The notes beneath the pieces were generated by a model. That model worked only from the letters and a program-made list of their open reading frames with translations. It ran no database searches and was not told the DNA's origin. A stretch of DNA of 64,000 nucleotides from Pirellulales bacterium (GTDB taxonomy: Bacteria; Planctomycetota; Planctomycetia; Pirellulales; JADZDJ01): assembly GCA_963773925.1 (NCBI GenBank), contig CAVZDC010000012.1, positions 128,553 to 192,552 of the forward strand, given 5' to 3'. Shown one piece after another: positions 1-11,930 of the stretch; position 1 is the first letter of the stretch, and every line of letters starts with the position of its first letter. The position numbers and the translations under genes are program-made.

Positions 1-637
1 AATCTGGTAGTGGTGCAGAATGTTCGAAGTGTCGTACAGAATGTAACCGCAGGCCAACGCGATCACCGCGACCGTGAAAAGAATTCCCAGGCTGAATCCA
101 AATAGGAATGAGCAGGCGATCAAGCCGATTCCGGCGCCGCCGGCCACGAATAGCCCAGTCCGCAGAAACGAAAAATCTTTTCCGGAGACAAATACGGATA
201 TCGTCAAGCGCGGCAAACAGCAGCAGCGTAATCATGCCTGCCGTTGGAAGGACGTCAGGTCCGCCGAAATGAACGGCGTAGTACATAATCGGCACGAAGA
301 TCAACGACTGGGCAAACACGTACAAGGCCAGGCCCGCATACTGCAGTCCCATCGACGTGGATCCGTTGGCCCAGGAACGGGCAACCCAGGAAACCACCAT
401 AAACAGGATGAACGCCAAAAAAAGTCCCATGTTGCCGCCGGCAACAAGGCGTCGCATCATGTCGTCGGCGAGCGTGGTATTGAGATACAGGGCCTCCAGG
501 CCGCAAAACGCCAGAATTGCACCGAGCAAATGCAAATAGGTTTTCTTGATGAAATCGACGCGCTCGTTGGGCTCCGCGCGATCGGCAGCGTTGCCCCAGG
601 TCGTGGTGGTCGGAAATTGGTTGTCACCAAAGCTCAT
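1..637 (-). CDS. BAX inhibitor-1/YccA family membrane protein (start in window, 3' end runs off the left edge; one frameshift near 270)
   Basis: Own translation from ATG at 637: MSFGDNQF...RVDFIKKTYLHLLGAILAFCGLEAL...LALYVFAQSLIFVPIMYYA. After a 1-nt slip it continues ...KDFSFLRTGLFVAGGAGIGLIACSFLFGF...YILYDTSNILHHY. Multi-TM pattern typical of the Bax1-I family. Absent from the ORF track because it has no in-window stop. Confidence 0.6.
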   Translation of the reverse strand, partial: MSFGDNQFPTTTTWGNAADRAEPNERVDFIKKTYLHLLGAILAFCGLEALYLNTTLADDMMRRLVAGGNMGLFLAFILFMVVSWVARSWANGSTSMGLQYAGLALYVFAQSLIFVPIMYYAVHFGGPDVLPTAGMITLLLFAALDDIRICLRKRFFVSADWAIRGRRRRNRLDRLLIPIWIQPGNSFHGRGDRVGLRLHSVRHFEHSAPLPD

Positions 638-881
638 ATGTGGTTCCCCTTGGTGTTCGGATGCTGGCGTCGAGAGATCGCAAAGGCGCGCGCCAAGAAT
701 CACCGCAAAAGTGTTTGCCGCACTTCACGTTAAAACCCTATCCCTGGAAACGGCATGCGTCAAGGCGAACGAGAATCGGGCCGAGTTTCCCGGCGCTTGA
801 CAGTCTTCGGCGCAAGCCGCACAATCGCCAAGGGTTGAGGCTCTTTCGTGCGATCATCTACTCTGGCACAGGATCTCCAGG

Positions 882-1599
882 ATGGCGGTTGCCAGCGCAT
901 CGCAGCAGAAAAACCGGGCGGTCAAAATCGCCAAGCTGCTGGCGGCCGAATATCCCGATGCCCGCTGCGCACTGGATTTTTCCAACCCGCTGCAATTGCT
1001 GATCGCCACCATTCTTTCGGCGCAGTGCACCGACGTGCGGGTGAACATGGTCACGCCGGCGCTGTTCAAAAAATATCGCACGGCGGCCGATTTTGCCGCG
1101 GCGAAACGGAGCGATTTGGAAAAAGCGATCCAAAGCACCGGCTTTTTCCGCAATAAAGCGAAAAGCATCCAGGAATGTTGCCGAAAAATCGCGGAAGAAC
1201 ACGGCGGCAAGGTGCCGCGCAGTATGGAGGAATTGGTCAAATTGCCCGGGGTGGGTCGCAAAACGGCCAACGTCGTGTTAGGCACGGCTTATGGAATTGC
1301 CTCCGGCGTGGTGGTCGATACGCACGTGTCGCGAGCTTACATACCGGTTGGGGCTGACAAAACAAAAAGATCCGGTGAAAATAGAACAAGACCTGATGGC
1401 GCAATTGCCGCGGCGCCAGTGGGTGGATTTCGCTCATCGGCTGATTCATCACGGGCGGCGCATTTGCATCGCTCGCAAGCCGCGCTGCGAAGATTGCGTG
1501 CTCGATGCCGTGTGTCCGAAGGTGGGCGTGACGGAGAAGCGTGGAGCGATTCGCTGCCAAACCGCCAGCGCGGGGCAAGCCCCGCGGCTAAAACTATGA
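882..1599 (+). CDS. nth: Endonuclease III (frameshifted near 1332)
   Basis: ORF 882..2171 N-terminal part carries the HhH-GPD region (LLIATILSAQCTDVRVNMVTPALF...LPGVGRKTANVVLG). It continues in ORF 1291..1599 (RLGLTKQKDPVKIEQDLMAQLP...CIARKPRCEDCVLDAVC, the 4Fe-4S Cys cluster). Confidence 0.85.
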
Positions 1600-2171
1600 T
1601 TCTTTCCGGTCACGAAATTCGAAATCACTTGGGCGGAAACATCGTCATCGATCCGTTCGATGAGCGGCGGCTGAACCCAAACAGTTACAATCTCACGTTG
1701 CACCACGAATTGATGACCTATGAGGAAGTGGTGCTCGACATGCGCAAAGCGAACCGCGTGCGGCGGATCGAAATACCGCCGGAAGGCTTGGTGCTCAGCC
1801 CCAACCAGCTTTACCTGGGGCGCACGGCGGAGCGCACCGAAACGCACGACCTGGTGCCGATGATCGAAGGCCGATCGAGCATCGGCCGACTGGGGCTATT
1901 CGTGCACGTCACCGCCGGCTTTGGCGACGTGGGCTTTTGCGGCTACTGGACGCTGGAAATGTTTGCCGTGCAGCCGGTGCGCATTTATGCCGGCGTGCCG
2001 ATCTGCCAGATTTTTTACCACCAAATCTGCGGCGATATCACCGAATACGCCAGCGAAAAGTATCAGCACAATCAAGATATCCAGCCGAGCTTGCTGTTCA
2101 AGGAGCTCAATCCCGAAGCGGACCACGATCCGCAGCTCCAACTCGAATTTGGCATGGAGCGCTCGCACTGA
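1596..2171 (+). CDS. dcd: dCTP deaminase
   Basis: In-frame ATG at 1596 inside ORF 882..2171: MILSGHEIRNHL...IEGRSSIGRLGLFVHVTAGFGDVGFCGYWTLEM, the dCTP deaminase/dUTPase-fold signature. The start overlaps the nth stop. Confidence 0.8.
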   Translation: MILSGHEIRNHLGGNIVIDPFDERRLNPNSYNLTLHHELMTYEEVVLDMRKANRVRRIEIPPEGLVLSPNQLYLGRTAERTETHDLVPMIEGRSSIGRLGLFVHVTAGFGDVGFCGYWTLEMFAVQPVRIYAGVPICQIFYHQICGDITEYASEKYQHNQDIQPSLLFKELNPEADHDPQLQLEFGMERSH

Positions 2172-2296
2172 GGTCGGGGACAGTCAGCGAGGGGCGAGTT
2201 AGCACACCGATGACGCCGCGCTGGGGATCGCCGCGAGTGCCTGGGGTAATTTGGCGAATTCGACCCGATTGCGCCCCTTTTCTTTTGCCTGAACGC

Positions 2297-3945
2297 TTAG
2301 ACGATGGCGAAGTAGTTCTCCACCGCGAAATCGAAGTATTCGTTGCGTCAGCTCCAACGGCTTGCGCTGGAACAGGCAATAATTGCGCACCTGCAGCAGC
2401 AGATCGCGCGGGTGGCAGCAGCGGAACGGCCGTCCGACCGCCTTGTAATGCGTTTCGATGACGTATCGAATCGGCTGCTCTTGATATTCGAAGCCCAGCC
2501 GCGGGCAAAACAGCTTGAACAACTCGAGGAATTCGTCTTCGGTGGGATCGACGATTTCGATTTTGTACGGGAATGCGGCGCAGAAAGGCGTCGTCGACCA
2601 GGTCGCGCGGCTCCAGGTTGGTCGAAAAAATGATCAACTGGTCGAAGGGAACTTGCAGCTTTTTGCCGCTGGCAAGGTTCAAATAGTCGTACCGCTTTTC
2701 CAGCGGCACGATCCAGCGATTCAGCAGTTCGTCGATGCGGATCCGCTGGCGGCCGAAATCGTCGATCACCAGCGTGCCGCAATTGCTTTTCAACTGCATC
2801 GGCGCTTCGTTGATGCCGGTGGCGGTATTGAGCGTCACTTCCAGGTTTTCCATCGTCAATTCGCCGCCCACGACGATCGTCGGCCGGCGGATGCGAACCC
2901 AACGCCGATCGATCTTGTGGCCGTGCAATAGCCCCGTGGTCGATTGCAGCGGCATTTCCTCGTGATTGCCGGGATCGTACAGGCGAATGATTTCCCCATC
3001 GACGCTGATGGCACGCGGTACCCAGATGGTTTGGCCGAAGGCGCGGGTCACGCGTTCGGCGATGCTGGTTTTGCCGTTGCCCGACGCGCCGAACAGGAAC
3101 AAGCCACGGCCGGAATTGATCGCCGGACCCAGCCGCGCCAGCATTTTGGGGCTAATCAGCAAATCGTCGAACGCGCCGGCCAGATCTTCCGGCGTGGGAT
3201 GCTGCTTGGTGATCGATTGTGCCGCCACGCTTTCGTTGTAGTCCTTGAGATGCACCGGCGCGGCGCCGAAGTAGGTGCAATGCTCCGTGTGGCGGCGAGC
3301 CCGTTCGCGCCCCAGATCGGTGAGCTGAAACACGTAATCGTTCATGGGCGCCGCGCTGCGGTGCACCACCCACTGATCTTGCTTCATTTGCCGCAGCAGT
3401 TCGTCGATCAGCACAAAGGGAAGCTTGACTTGCTCGGCGCATTCACGGCCGGCAGCATCGCCGCGGGCCAGCAAGAATTTGAGGATCAGCGCTTCCACTT
3501 CGCTTTCCGGCACCTTCGCTTCGCGGAACGAAGTCGGCTCTGTCGGAAAGAAGGAATTGGTGGGATCGGCGTCCGCGTCCTCCCCCGGCGTTTTGTCCGC
3601 TGCCTGCGCGGCGCGCTTGGTTCCATTGGATTTTGCCGTTGCCCCAGTGGCGGCTGTCGACGGCTGATCCCGTCCCGCCTCGGCATCGATCGTATCACCC
3701 GTTTGCTTCGCAATCCGCTCCAAGATTTTTTCCAGCTTCGCCTCGCGATCCGAGTCGCCCGAGGCATTCGGCGCAGCGGCCGATTTCGCCGGAGAATTTT
3801 TCGCGCCACCCGCCGGCGTTTCCGCCGCAGTGCTTTCGCCGATGCGTTCGGCTAACTGGGCAATCAGTTCTTCAACGGAAGAATCGGCCATAGTGGGGTG
3901 GGTTGCAGGTAGGCGGGCGCAGTGCGGGCAAATGCTCGTAGTCAT
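2297..3945 (-). CDS. AAA+ family ATPase with low-complexity N-terminus (two frameshifts near 2560 and 2340; alternative start at 3891)
   Basis: ORF 2107..3945 has Walker A GLFLFGASGNGKTSIAERV and Walker B TLVIDDFGRQ, then LLNRWIVPLEKRYDYL...IIFSTNLEPRDLVDDAFLRRIP. It continues in ORF 2199..2522 (YKIEIVDPTEDEFLELFKLFCPRLGFEY...). A third frame ends EYFDFAVENYFAIV-stop at 2297. Confidence 0.7.
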
Positions 3946-4220
3946 GTTTCTCGATCAAGCCGCAACCCAGTGCGAGCGCGGATCGGGCCAGTCTGACTTA
4001 GTGCCAGTCAAATGTAGGTTGATCGGGGGGAGGGTCAAACTGGGCCTAAAGCGGAACGGGCTTGCCGGTGCGGAATTAGCGAATATGCCGGTCGTGGCAG
4101 AATCGCGATCCCCTGGGGGGTCCGCAGACATGCCGCCATCGGCCCGCTAAAATGAGTCAACCTTCTTGGTCCGGCGTGGCTTTCACGCCGTTAAAACATG
4201 TAACGTCCAGGGTTCGATAC

Positions 4221-7035
4221 ATGGCTACCACAGCACGATCGACCGACCCGTTTGGCGCCAAATCGCAGTTCAACACCGGCAGCGGCACGGCCACCCTGTA
4301 TCCGACTTTCAAAACTGGAAGACGCGGGGCTGGGAAAGATCGCTTCGTTGCCGTTTTCCATTCGCATTTTGCTGGAGGCCGTGCTGCGCAACTGCGACGA
4401 TTACGAGGTCACGCAGGCCGACGTGAAAAACCTGGCCGCCTGGAAAGCCGAGAAGCCGGCCGAATTGGAGATTCCCTTCAAGCCGGCGCGCGTCGTGCTG
4501 CAAGATTTCACCGGCGTGCCCTGCGTGGTCGATTTGGCCGCCATGCGCGGCGCCATGAAGCGCCTCGGTGGCGATCCGAAAAAAATCAACCCGCTGGTGC
4601 CGGTCGATCTGGTGATCGACCACTCGATTCAGGTCGATTATTTCGGTTCGACAGGCGCGCTCGATCTGAACGTCGATCTGGAATTCAAACGCAATCGCGA
4701 GCGCTACGAGTTTTTGCGCTGGGGCCAAAAGGCGTTCGACAATTTCCGCGTGGTGCCGCCGAACATCGGCATTGTGCATCAGGTGAATTTGGAATTCCTG
4801 GCCAAGGTGGCCTTCCTGCGAAAGATCGGCGGCGAAATGGTCGCCCTGCCCGACACGCTCGTGGGCACCGACAGCCACACCACCATGATCAACGGCCTGG
4901 GCGTCGTGGGCTGGGGCGTCGGCGGCATCGAGGCGGAAGCCAACATGCTCGGCCAGCCGCTTTATATGCTGATGCCGGAGGTGATCGGTTTCGAAGTGAC
5001 CGGCGAAATGCAGCCCGCCGTCACCGCCACCGACTTGGTGCTCACCGTCACGCAAATCCTGCGCAAAGAAGGCGTCGTGGGAAAATTCGTCGAGTTCTTC
5101 GGCCCCGGCGTTTCAAAAATGAAGCTGGCGGATCGCGCCACCATCGGCAACATGGCCCCCGAATATGGCGCAACGATCGGCTATTTCCCAGTCGACGCCG
5201 AAACGCTGAATTATCTGCGGCTCACCGGCCGCACCAAGGAAGAAGTCGATCTTGTGGAGCGCTACTACAAAGAGCAGGGGCTGTTCCGCACCGACGAGCC
5301 CGGCACAACGCCCGATCAAATACACCAAAGTGTTGCAGTTGGATTTGGGCACGGTCGAACCCAGCCTTGCCGGTCCGAAGCGTCCGCAAGATCGCGTGCC
5401 GCTGTCGCTGATGAAAACGATGTGGCGGCACGATCTGACCGACACCTACGGCAAAAATGGCGGCACGAAAGTATCGAACGTCGGCAGTTGGGAAGGGGAA
5501 GGGGGCAATCCCAGCGCGAATCAGGCCGCCACCACCGAAGCAGTCGCCGACGGTGGTTGATGCCGATCCCGGCATCGATGGGCGTCGACGTGAAGCTCGA
5601 CGGCCAGCAAGCCACGCTCAAGCATGGCTCGGTCGTCATCGCCGCCATCACCAGTTGCACCAACACGAGCAATCCGTCGGTGATGCTGGCCGCCGGCTTG
5701 CTGGCGAAAAACGCCGTGGCCAAGGGGTTGAAGGTGAAGCCTTATGTGAAAACCAGCCTGGCGCCGGGCAGCCGCGTCGTGACCGATTATCTACAGCAAG
5801 CCGGCCTGACCGATTCGCTCAACGCATTGGGATTCCAAACCGTCGGCTACGGCTGCACCACGTGCATCGGCAACAGCGGCCCGCTGCCCGATCCCGTGGC
5901 CAAGGCGGTTACCGAAAACGATTTGGTCGCGGCGGCGGTGCTCAGCGGCAATCGAAATTTCGAAGGCCGCGTGAATTCGCTGGTCAAAGCCAACTATCTG
6001 GCCAGTCCGCCGCTGGTGGTGGCGTACGCCTTGGCGGGCACCACCGACATCGATCTGATCAAGGAGCCGCTGGGCAAAGGCGCGACGGCAAGGATGTTTA
6101 TCTGAAAGACATTTGGCCCACCAACGAGCAGGTGGCCAAAACCGTGGCCGACACCGTCAAGCCCGCCATGTTCCATTCGCGCTACGGCAGCGTGTGGGAC
6201 AGCAATCCCAAGTGGAACGCCATCAAAACCAGCGAAGGCGATTTGTACGAGTGGGACGAGAAGAGCACTTACATCCAGGAGCCGCCGTTTTTGATCGATC
6301 TGCCGCCGCAGCCCGGGCCCGATTCAGCCGATCCGCGGCGCGCGCTGCCTGGCAGCCTTCGGCGATTCGATCACCACCGATCACATTTCGCCGGCCGGCT
6401 CGATCTCGGCGAAAAGCCCCGCCGGCAAGTATTTGATCGAGCACGGCGTGCAGCCGGCCGATTTCAACAGCTACGGTTCGCGCCGCGGGAACGACCGCGT
6501 GATGACCCGCGGCACGTTTGCCAACATTCGCATCCGCAATCAACTCGCCCCGGGCACCGAAGGGGGCGTCACGCGCCACCTGCCCGACGGCGCGCAGATG
6601 AGCATCTACGACGCCGCGATGAAATACAAAGCGGAAAAAATCCCGCTGGTTGTTTTGGCCGGCGCGGAATACGGCACCGGCTCCAGCCGCGACTGGGCTG
6701 CCAAGGGCCCGATGCTGCAAGGCGTGCGCGCCGTGCTGGCCGCCAGCTTCGAACGCATCCACCGCAGCAACCTGGTCGGCATGGGCGTGCTGCCGCTGCA
6801 ATTCGCTTCGGGCCAAACCTGGCAATCGCTGGGCCTGACCGGCGAAGAGGTGTTCGACATCGCCGTGGACGACAAACTGCAGCCGCGCAGCACGATCACC
6901 GTCACGGCAAAATCCGCCGACGGCTCGACCAAAAAGTTCGACGTCAAAGTGCGGATCGACACGCCGGTGGAACTGGATTACTACCGCAACGGCGGCATCC
7001 TTCAAACCGTACTGCGAAAGCTGTTGCGCAGTTAA
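4221..7035 (+). CDS. acnA: Aconitate hydratase A (about 5 frameshifts, near 4300, 5310, 5560, 6090 and 6320)
   Basis: Read across ORFs 4152.., 4252..6105, 5252..5560, 5457..7307 and 6433..7035. Motifs: [70 protein letters not shown], ending [17 protein letters not shown]. Confidence 0.9.
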
Positions 7036-7076
7036 AGAACCCCGTTGAGCCTCTTCCCCCGGTGCCGAGCGGCATT

Positions 7077-7670
7077 TCATCCGGCATACGGCGCCACAAA
7101 ACTCCAATTTTGTCGCCGCATTCCGGCTTTCATCGGGTTCATCTCCACGTACTCGATAGCGCCACGCATCTGTTGTGGAGTGTTGATGAAAACATACCAG
7201 CTCCTTTTTCCCCATGGACTGGGCGTGCGGCCATTTCGGCGCGAATGGGATTGCATCGGATTGACGCCCAATTCGTTCAGCCGCCGGGTAGCAGCTCGTT
7301 TGAGTAATTCAGCAATTTCTTCAGCATTTCGTCGACGTAGCCCAAGAACCAGCTGCGCGTGGTCCCGCATGATCGAGCAGGCATAAACCGGTAATTGCAA
7401 GAGTTCGGCCAGCGATGCAAATCCGTCGATGATCGCCCGCGCCTGGGAACCAGTGAATCGCACCGGAGGATATTTGAGCGTGTTCCTGGTGCCGATACTT
7501 GGCGGATGATCAGGAGACTCCGCGGCGACGGATTGTCGAGTCAACAATTTCAGTGCGGTACCAACGGGACTAAGGTTTCTGGCCCCCACATACTTCCACC
7601 ACCAACCCCGCGGATCATTGGGCAGCGAGAAACCGTACGCCCCGAAAATGACATGGTAACCGATGGCCAT
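7077..7670 (-). CDS. IS200/IS605-like Y1 (HUH-type) transposase homolog, RayT-like
   Basis: ORF 7077..7670: MAIGYHVIFGAYGFSLPNDPRGWW... then IMRDHAQLVL at the HUH position (reads H-A-Q) and IEYVEMNPMKAGM (the Y..NP tyrosine motif). No terminal inverted repeats or second transposition gene seen. Confidence 0.5.
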   Translation of the reverse strand: MAIGYHVIFGAYGFSLPNDPRGWWWKYVGARNLSPVGTALKLLTRQSVAAESPDHPPSIGTRNTLKYPPVRFTGSQARAIIDGFASLAELLQLPVYACSIMRDHAQLVLGLRRRNAEEIAELLKRAATRRLNELGVNPMQSHSRRNGRTPSPWGKRSWYVFINTPQQMRGAIEYVEMNPMKAGMRRQNWSFVAPYAG

Positions 7671-7749
7671 GTCCTGAATTGTAATCGCTTTCGGAGCGCC
7701 GCCCCAAAAATCAGGGCTAAACAGCGAAAGAAAAACCGCGATTTTGCCG

Positions 7750-8240
7750 TCAGCCGATGTGGTGGCCGATCGGTTCCAGCGTATCTTCGAAGCGGCGCAC
7801 GGCTTCGTCGGGATTCAGATTGAAAATCGCGCGGCCTTCGGTCATCCAGCGGTGCTTCGGATCGAAGTAAAACACCGCGGTGGCATACTTGGCGTTGTCG
7901 ACCGCTTCCACTTCTTCCATGCCGCCGCCGGCGATCGCTTCGAACTTGATCGACACCGCCACAAAAGCGGAAAGCGTGCCCGATTGCCGATCGCGGGCAT
8001 ACGTCACTTCGTTTTCAAATTCGCAATCGGCCCAGCGCAAGCCGCGCGGCTTGCCGGAGGCGGCCGGCCTTGGTAAGAAACTTGGCCTCGAGCTGTTCGC
8101 GCATGCGATGGAACTGCTGCTGCGCATCGAGCAGTTGCCGTTGGCGGTCGCCGGCGGCTTTTTTTTTGCCCAAGCACCACCGCCAAGCACGAGGCATACA
8201 ACGAACCGATACCCGCCACAATCCATTCAATCGCCGCCAT
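7750..8240 (-). CDS. Hypothetical membrane-anchored protein (frameshifts, one at a T-run near 8160)
   Basis: Pieced from ORFs 8004..8240 (MAAIEWIVAGIGSLYASCLAVVLG, a TM helix), 8015..8443 (coiled-coil-like DRQRQLLDAQQQFHRMREQLEAKF) and 7750..8226 (C-terminal domain). No family recognised. Confidence 0.35.
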
Positions 8241-8303
8241 GGCTGCGCCCTTTCGAAATGGCCACCCGATGACAGTAATTCTACGGTCTGGAAGGCGCGA
8301 TGT

Positions 8304-11300
8304 TTAGTACCGGGCTCGATGGCAGCCAGAAAAATGTGGACGGCCATCCATCGCCCCGCCAGGCCGCCCAGACAGCATTCCCGGCGAGAAATTGGCGAAT
8401 TTGGCGACGTAGCTCTTCGTCCGCGGCCTTCGGTTTTCTTCACCGGTCACAGCGTTTGCGGGGTCAAAAGTGCTTCCAGCGTGACCGACGGCTGAATCGT
8501 CGGGCAGCGTTTTGCGGCCGGCATCCTTGATCAGCGTCACACCCGTCGTCACGTTGATCCGCACCTGCACCAGCGTGGCATTGCCGGCGTAGTCGGTGAT
8601 CGTGAAGCTGACCACGCACGAACGAACCTAGCGCATCGGTCTGCAGTGCAGACACATGCTTCGCGTCGTTCAGCTTGATGTCTTGGCGGACCAATCGCGG
8701 AGCGGCGCTGTCGTCGTTCACATAGCCTTCGATCGACAACGTGCTGCCGTTGTTCAGGTCGGCCGATGTTGATCGTGGTGATCGCATTCTTCCCCAGCGT
8801 GAAGCTCGGCGGAATGTTGTCGCCATACACGAACAACGTCCGCGTCTGGCCGAGAATGGTCCGCGTGACCAGGTTCCAGCCGTTCACCAGCGGCGTGGCA
8901 GTCGTTTCCTTCACCGTCACGTAGCCGCCTGCTTTCGCCTTCGGATCGCTGGGGTTGTAATACTTGTACGACAGCAGATATGGGCCGTTGTCCTGATTCA
9001 CGTAGCGCTTGCTCACCAGTTGCAAATCCGGCAGCGGCGAAGTGAGCGAACCGACCAGCGCATCGATGCGCGGATTCGTGGCGGCGGCATCGGCCGGCGC
9101 CACCATGCCACCCACCGCCAGGCCGTATTGGTCCATCAACTGCTGATTGGTTTGATCCACCAGTGCCGCGGGCACAAACGACGGCACGCCGCGCGGCGGC
9201 GGTCGAATCGAACGGTTTGAAATTCGCCGCCTGCTCTTTGTAATAAAGCTGCTGATTGTTCAGCGTGACCGTGCCCATGCGAATCACGTCGGGATTGAAA
9301 ATCCGCGTGATGTCGTTTTGCGAGTTGTCGAAATTCGACTGCAGCTTGATGTCGAACTGCTGGCGTGTTTTCAGCGCCGTCGCGCTCAGCGTGCCAAACT
9401 GCGGCTGCATCCGATCGGAATTGCTGTAGATATTCACGGCGCGCGTGCGGCTTTGGGCGGTTTTGATCAACAGCCCGTTGATGTCGTTGAAAAATCCGCC
9501 GTTGATGGTGGTCGTGCCGTTCACCGGCACGTCGATGCCGGTTTCCCAGCCGACGGCGTACACGTGATCGTAAATCATGTCGCGAGTCACGTCGTTGATG
9601 GCAAACCCGGTGCCCCCCGGCGCACTCACATTGCCGGTGACGGAGACATTCCTCAGCGTGGTGAGCGCGGTGTACGGCGTGAACACCCCCTTGCCGCTGG
9701 AATTATCGAACGTGGTGAAGTTTTCGATCACGTTGCGCTGATCCGGGATGGCTGCCGTCAACGCCCAACAGCGTGAACCACGTTTCCAGCCCGTCGGCAT
9801 TGGCAAACGCGATGTTGCCGCTGAATTCGCGCAGCGGCACGTTGCCCACGTCGATCATCGTTTGCCCCGGCGCTGCCCAGGCGGGATTGACCAGGTCGGC
9901 GACCGGAATCTGCGTAATGCCCAATCCTTTTTGATCCAGTCCGCGCGGGAAGAAGATGTATCCGGCGCTGCGCTGGCCGGCCACGATGTTGTTCGTGACC
10001 GACACGTTGCCCCCCTGCAGCCAGAAGCCGTTCCCCTGGTGGCCGAAATCCTGCTGCGTGACGCGGCTATCGACGTTTTCGCCCGAGCCGTGCGAATGAA
10101 TGGCGATGTTGCCGTTGAACGTGCCGATTTCGTCGCCGGCCTCGGTCACGATACGCGGCCCCCACGGCGTTGAACACCACGTTGCCTTCCACGTCGACGT
10201 TGCTGCTGTGATTCACAATGCCCCAGCCCGGCGAATCGACCACCGAGCTGTCGCTGATCGTGGCGGGATCGTCCCCTTCGTCGATGCCGGTGCGGTGGAA
10301 ATGCACGGCATACCGGCCGCGCGGATTCAAACCGGTGCGGGCCACCTGCATCTGCGTCACGCCGTTGACCACCACCGGCTTGCCGTTCTCGTCGAGCACC
10401 GGAACCATCACGCGCTGGCCGGTTCTGGAATCGATCACGTCGGTCGTCATTTGGCCGGGATGATCGGGATCCGGCGTCAGCACCGGATCGTCGATCGGCG
10501 TGCGCTTGTCGGTGCGCCCCAGGCCGTAGAACCCGGCGGCATCGACGTGCACGTTGTCGTTGTGCATGAACATCACGTGCCCGCGGCGGGCCACCGTAAC
10601 CACATTTTGCGATTCGAACGTGGCATTGCGCGAAACATCGGCCACGTAACCGGAGATCACGGGGTGCGCATACGTCAGCCCCTTCCAATTCGCGACTTTC
10701 GGATCGGTGATGGTGACCACGGTGTGGCCGTCGGCCGTGGTTGCCCGACGCTGACAATTTGCACCTGCTCGTCGTGATTCACGCCGCGGCTATTCATGGC
10801 CGTATCGCCGGTAAGCACCAGCCGATCGCCCGCTTTCCAGCCCGTGGGCGTTTGTGCCAGCACCAGCTGTGTAGCGCCGGCCTTGGCATCGACGGCCAAC
10901 TGCTCGAAGCTGGTCACGGTCGAGCCGAAAATGCTCACCTCGCCGTGCGACACCAATCCCCGGCTGAATTGCAAGGGATCCCACGCCAGATCGATCGGGC
11001 CCGTGTCGGCGAAGATCACCTGGGCGCGCACGTTAGCATCGATGCGCTGTCCCATGCCCGTGGGGCTAAGCGGGTCGGGCTTGGTGGGATCGGTGCCCAT
11101 TTGAAACACGCCCTCCGGTTCGACGATGATCGTATCGACCGACAAGAGCGTGTTGGCGTGCGGGTCGAAGCGCAGCGTGCCGTCGTCGCGGATCGTGTGC
11201 AGGGGGCTGCTGAACTGGGCATCGACGATCACCACGCTGCCCATCGAAATCAGCACGTTCGCCGCCGGCGCCGGGAATCGGGCTGGGAGCAGCGCCGGGG

Positions 11301-11609
11301 CCGACGTACGTCCATGTGTTCGGATCCGACCAGTTCTCCGGCGTCGCGCCCGGCTTGGAGATATACGTGAGCGAAGAATCAGGCACCAGCCCGCCGGTAA
11401 TTACGCCGGTCGTGGCATCGCGTGCCCCAAACACCGCCAGGTGCTCGGCATCGAGCACCACGTTCGCGTGCAGCAGCATCCGCGATTCCAGACGCTCCAG
11501 CGCTAATCTCAGTGAGACGGGCCGTTTCCGCCAGCGGCGTGCGGTCGCCGGCGTTGTGATTCAAATGTCGACGGGACGAGGTGCGAGCGCGCAGTAGACT
11601 GAGGTGCAT
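8304..11609 (-). CDS. Large secreted G8-domain / right-handed beta-helix protein (at least 8 frame switches)
   Basis: Start ATG 11609 with GAGGAG 7 nt upstream. Leader ...LRLALERLESRMLLHANV. G8-like region ENWSDPNTWTYVGPG...VIVDAQF...DGTLRFDP...LSVDTIIVEPEGVFQMGT. Then beta-helix-like repeats (NGNIAIHSHGSG, GFWLQGGNVSVTNNIVAG). Followed through ORFs 11379.., 11066.., 10675.., 10067.., 9703.., 8754.., 8549.., 8464.. and 8304... Confidence 0.65.
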
Positions 11610-11930
11610 GTCAAAACTCCTCGCGTAGCGATGGTGCAACGGCTCGCTGATACGCGCACTAGAATGCGCGGGTGGATTGCCCGGACATCGGAGCCGTTGC
11701 AGCCTGTTCCTCGCTGCAAAAAGATAACCACGATCACTCGTGGCCCCTGTGCCCAACATGCTACCGCACGATTCGGCAGGGTCAATGATATTTCCGAGGC
11801 CCGGGCGAAACTAATCGCGAATAATCTGCGACGCTGTGCGCCGCTGTCTATTGCCCAGCCTGCCCAAACGGCCAGCGTGCCGATATATTCGGTCGGTCAC
11901 GATTGTTAATTGACGGGATTATGGTGTCTG

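Noticed and set aside
74-733. 219-aa plus-strand ORF, and similar long ORFs antisense to or out of frame with real genes (for example 5457..7307, 25191..26807, 45532..46833, 52636..53502, 61448..62746)
   Set aside because: Their compositions are Arg/Ala/Gly/Pro-rich, typical of shadow frames in GC-rich DNA. Each overlaps a gene with clear family motifs on the other strand or frame. Where part of such an ORF is genuine (5457..7307 carries one aconitase segment; 25191..26807 carries the lpxC N-terminus), only that segment was used.
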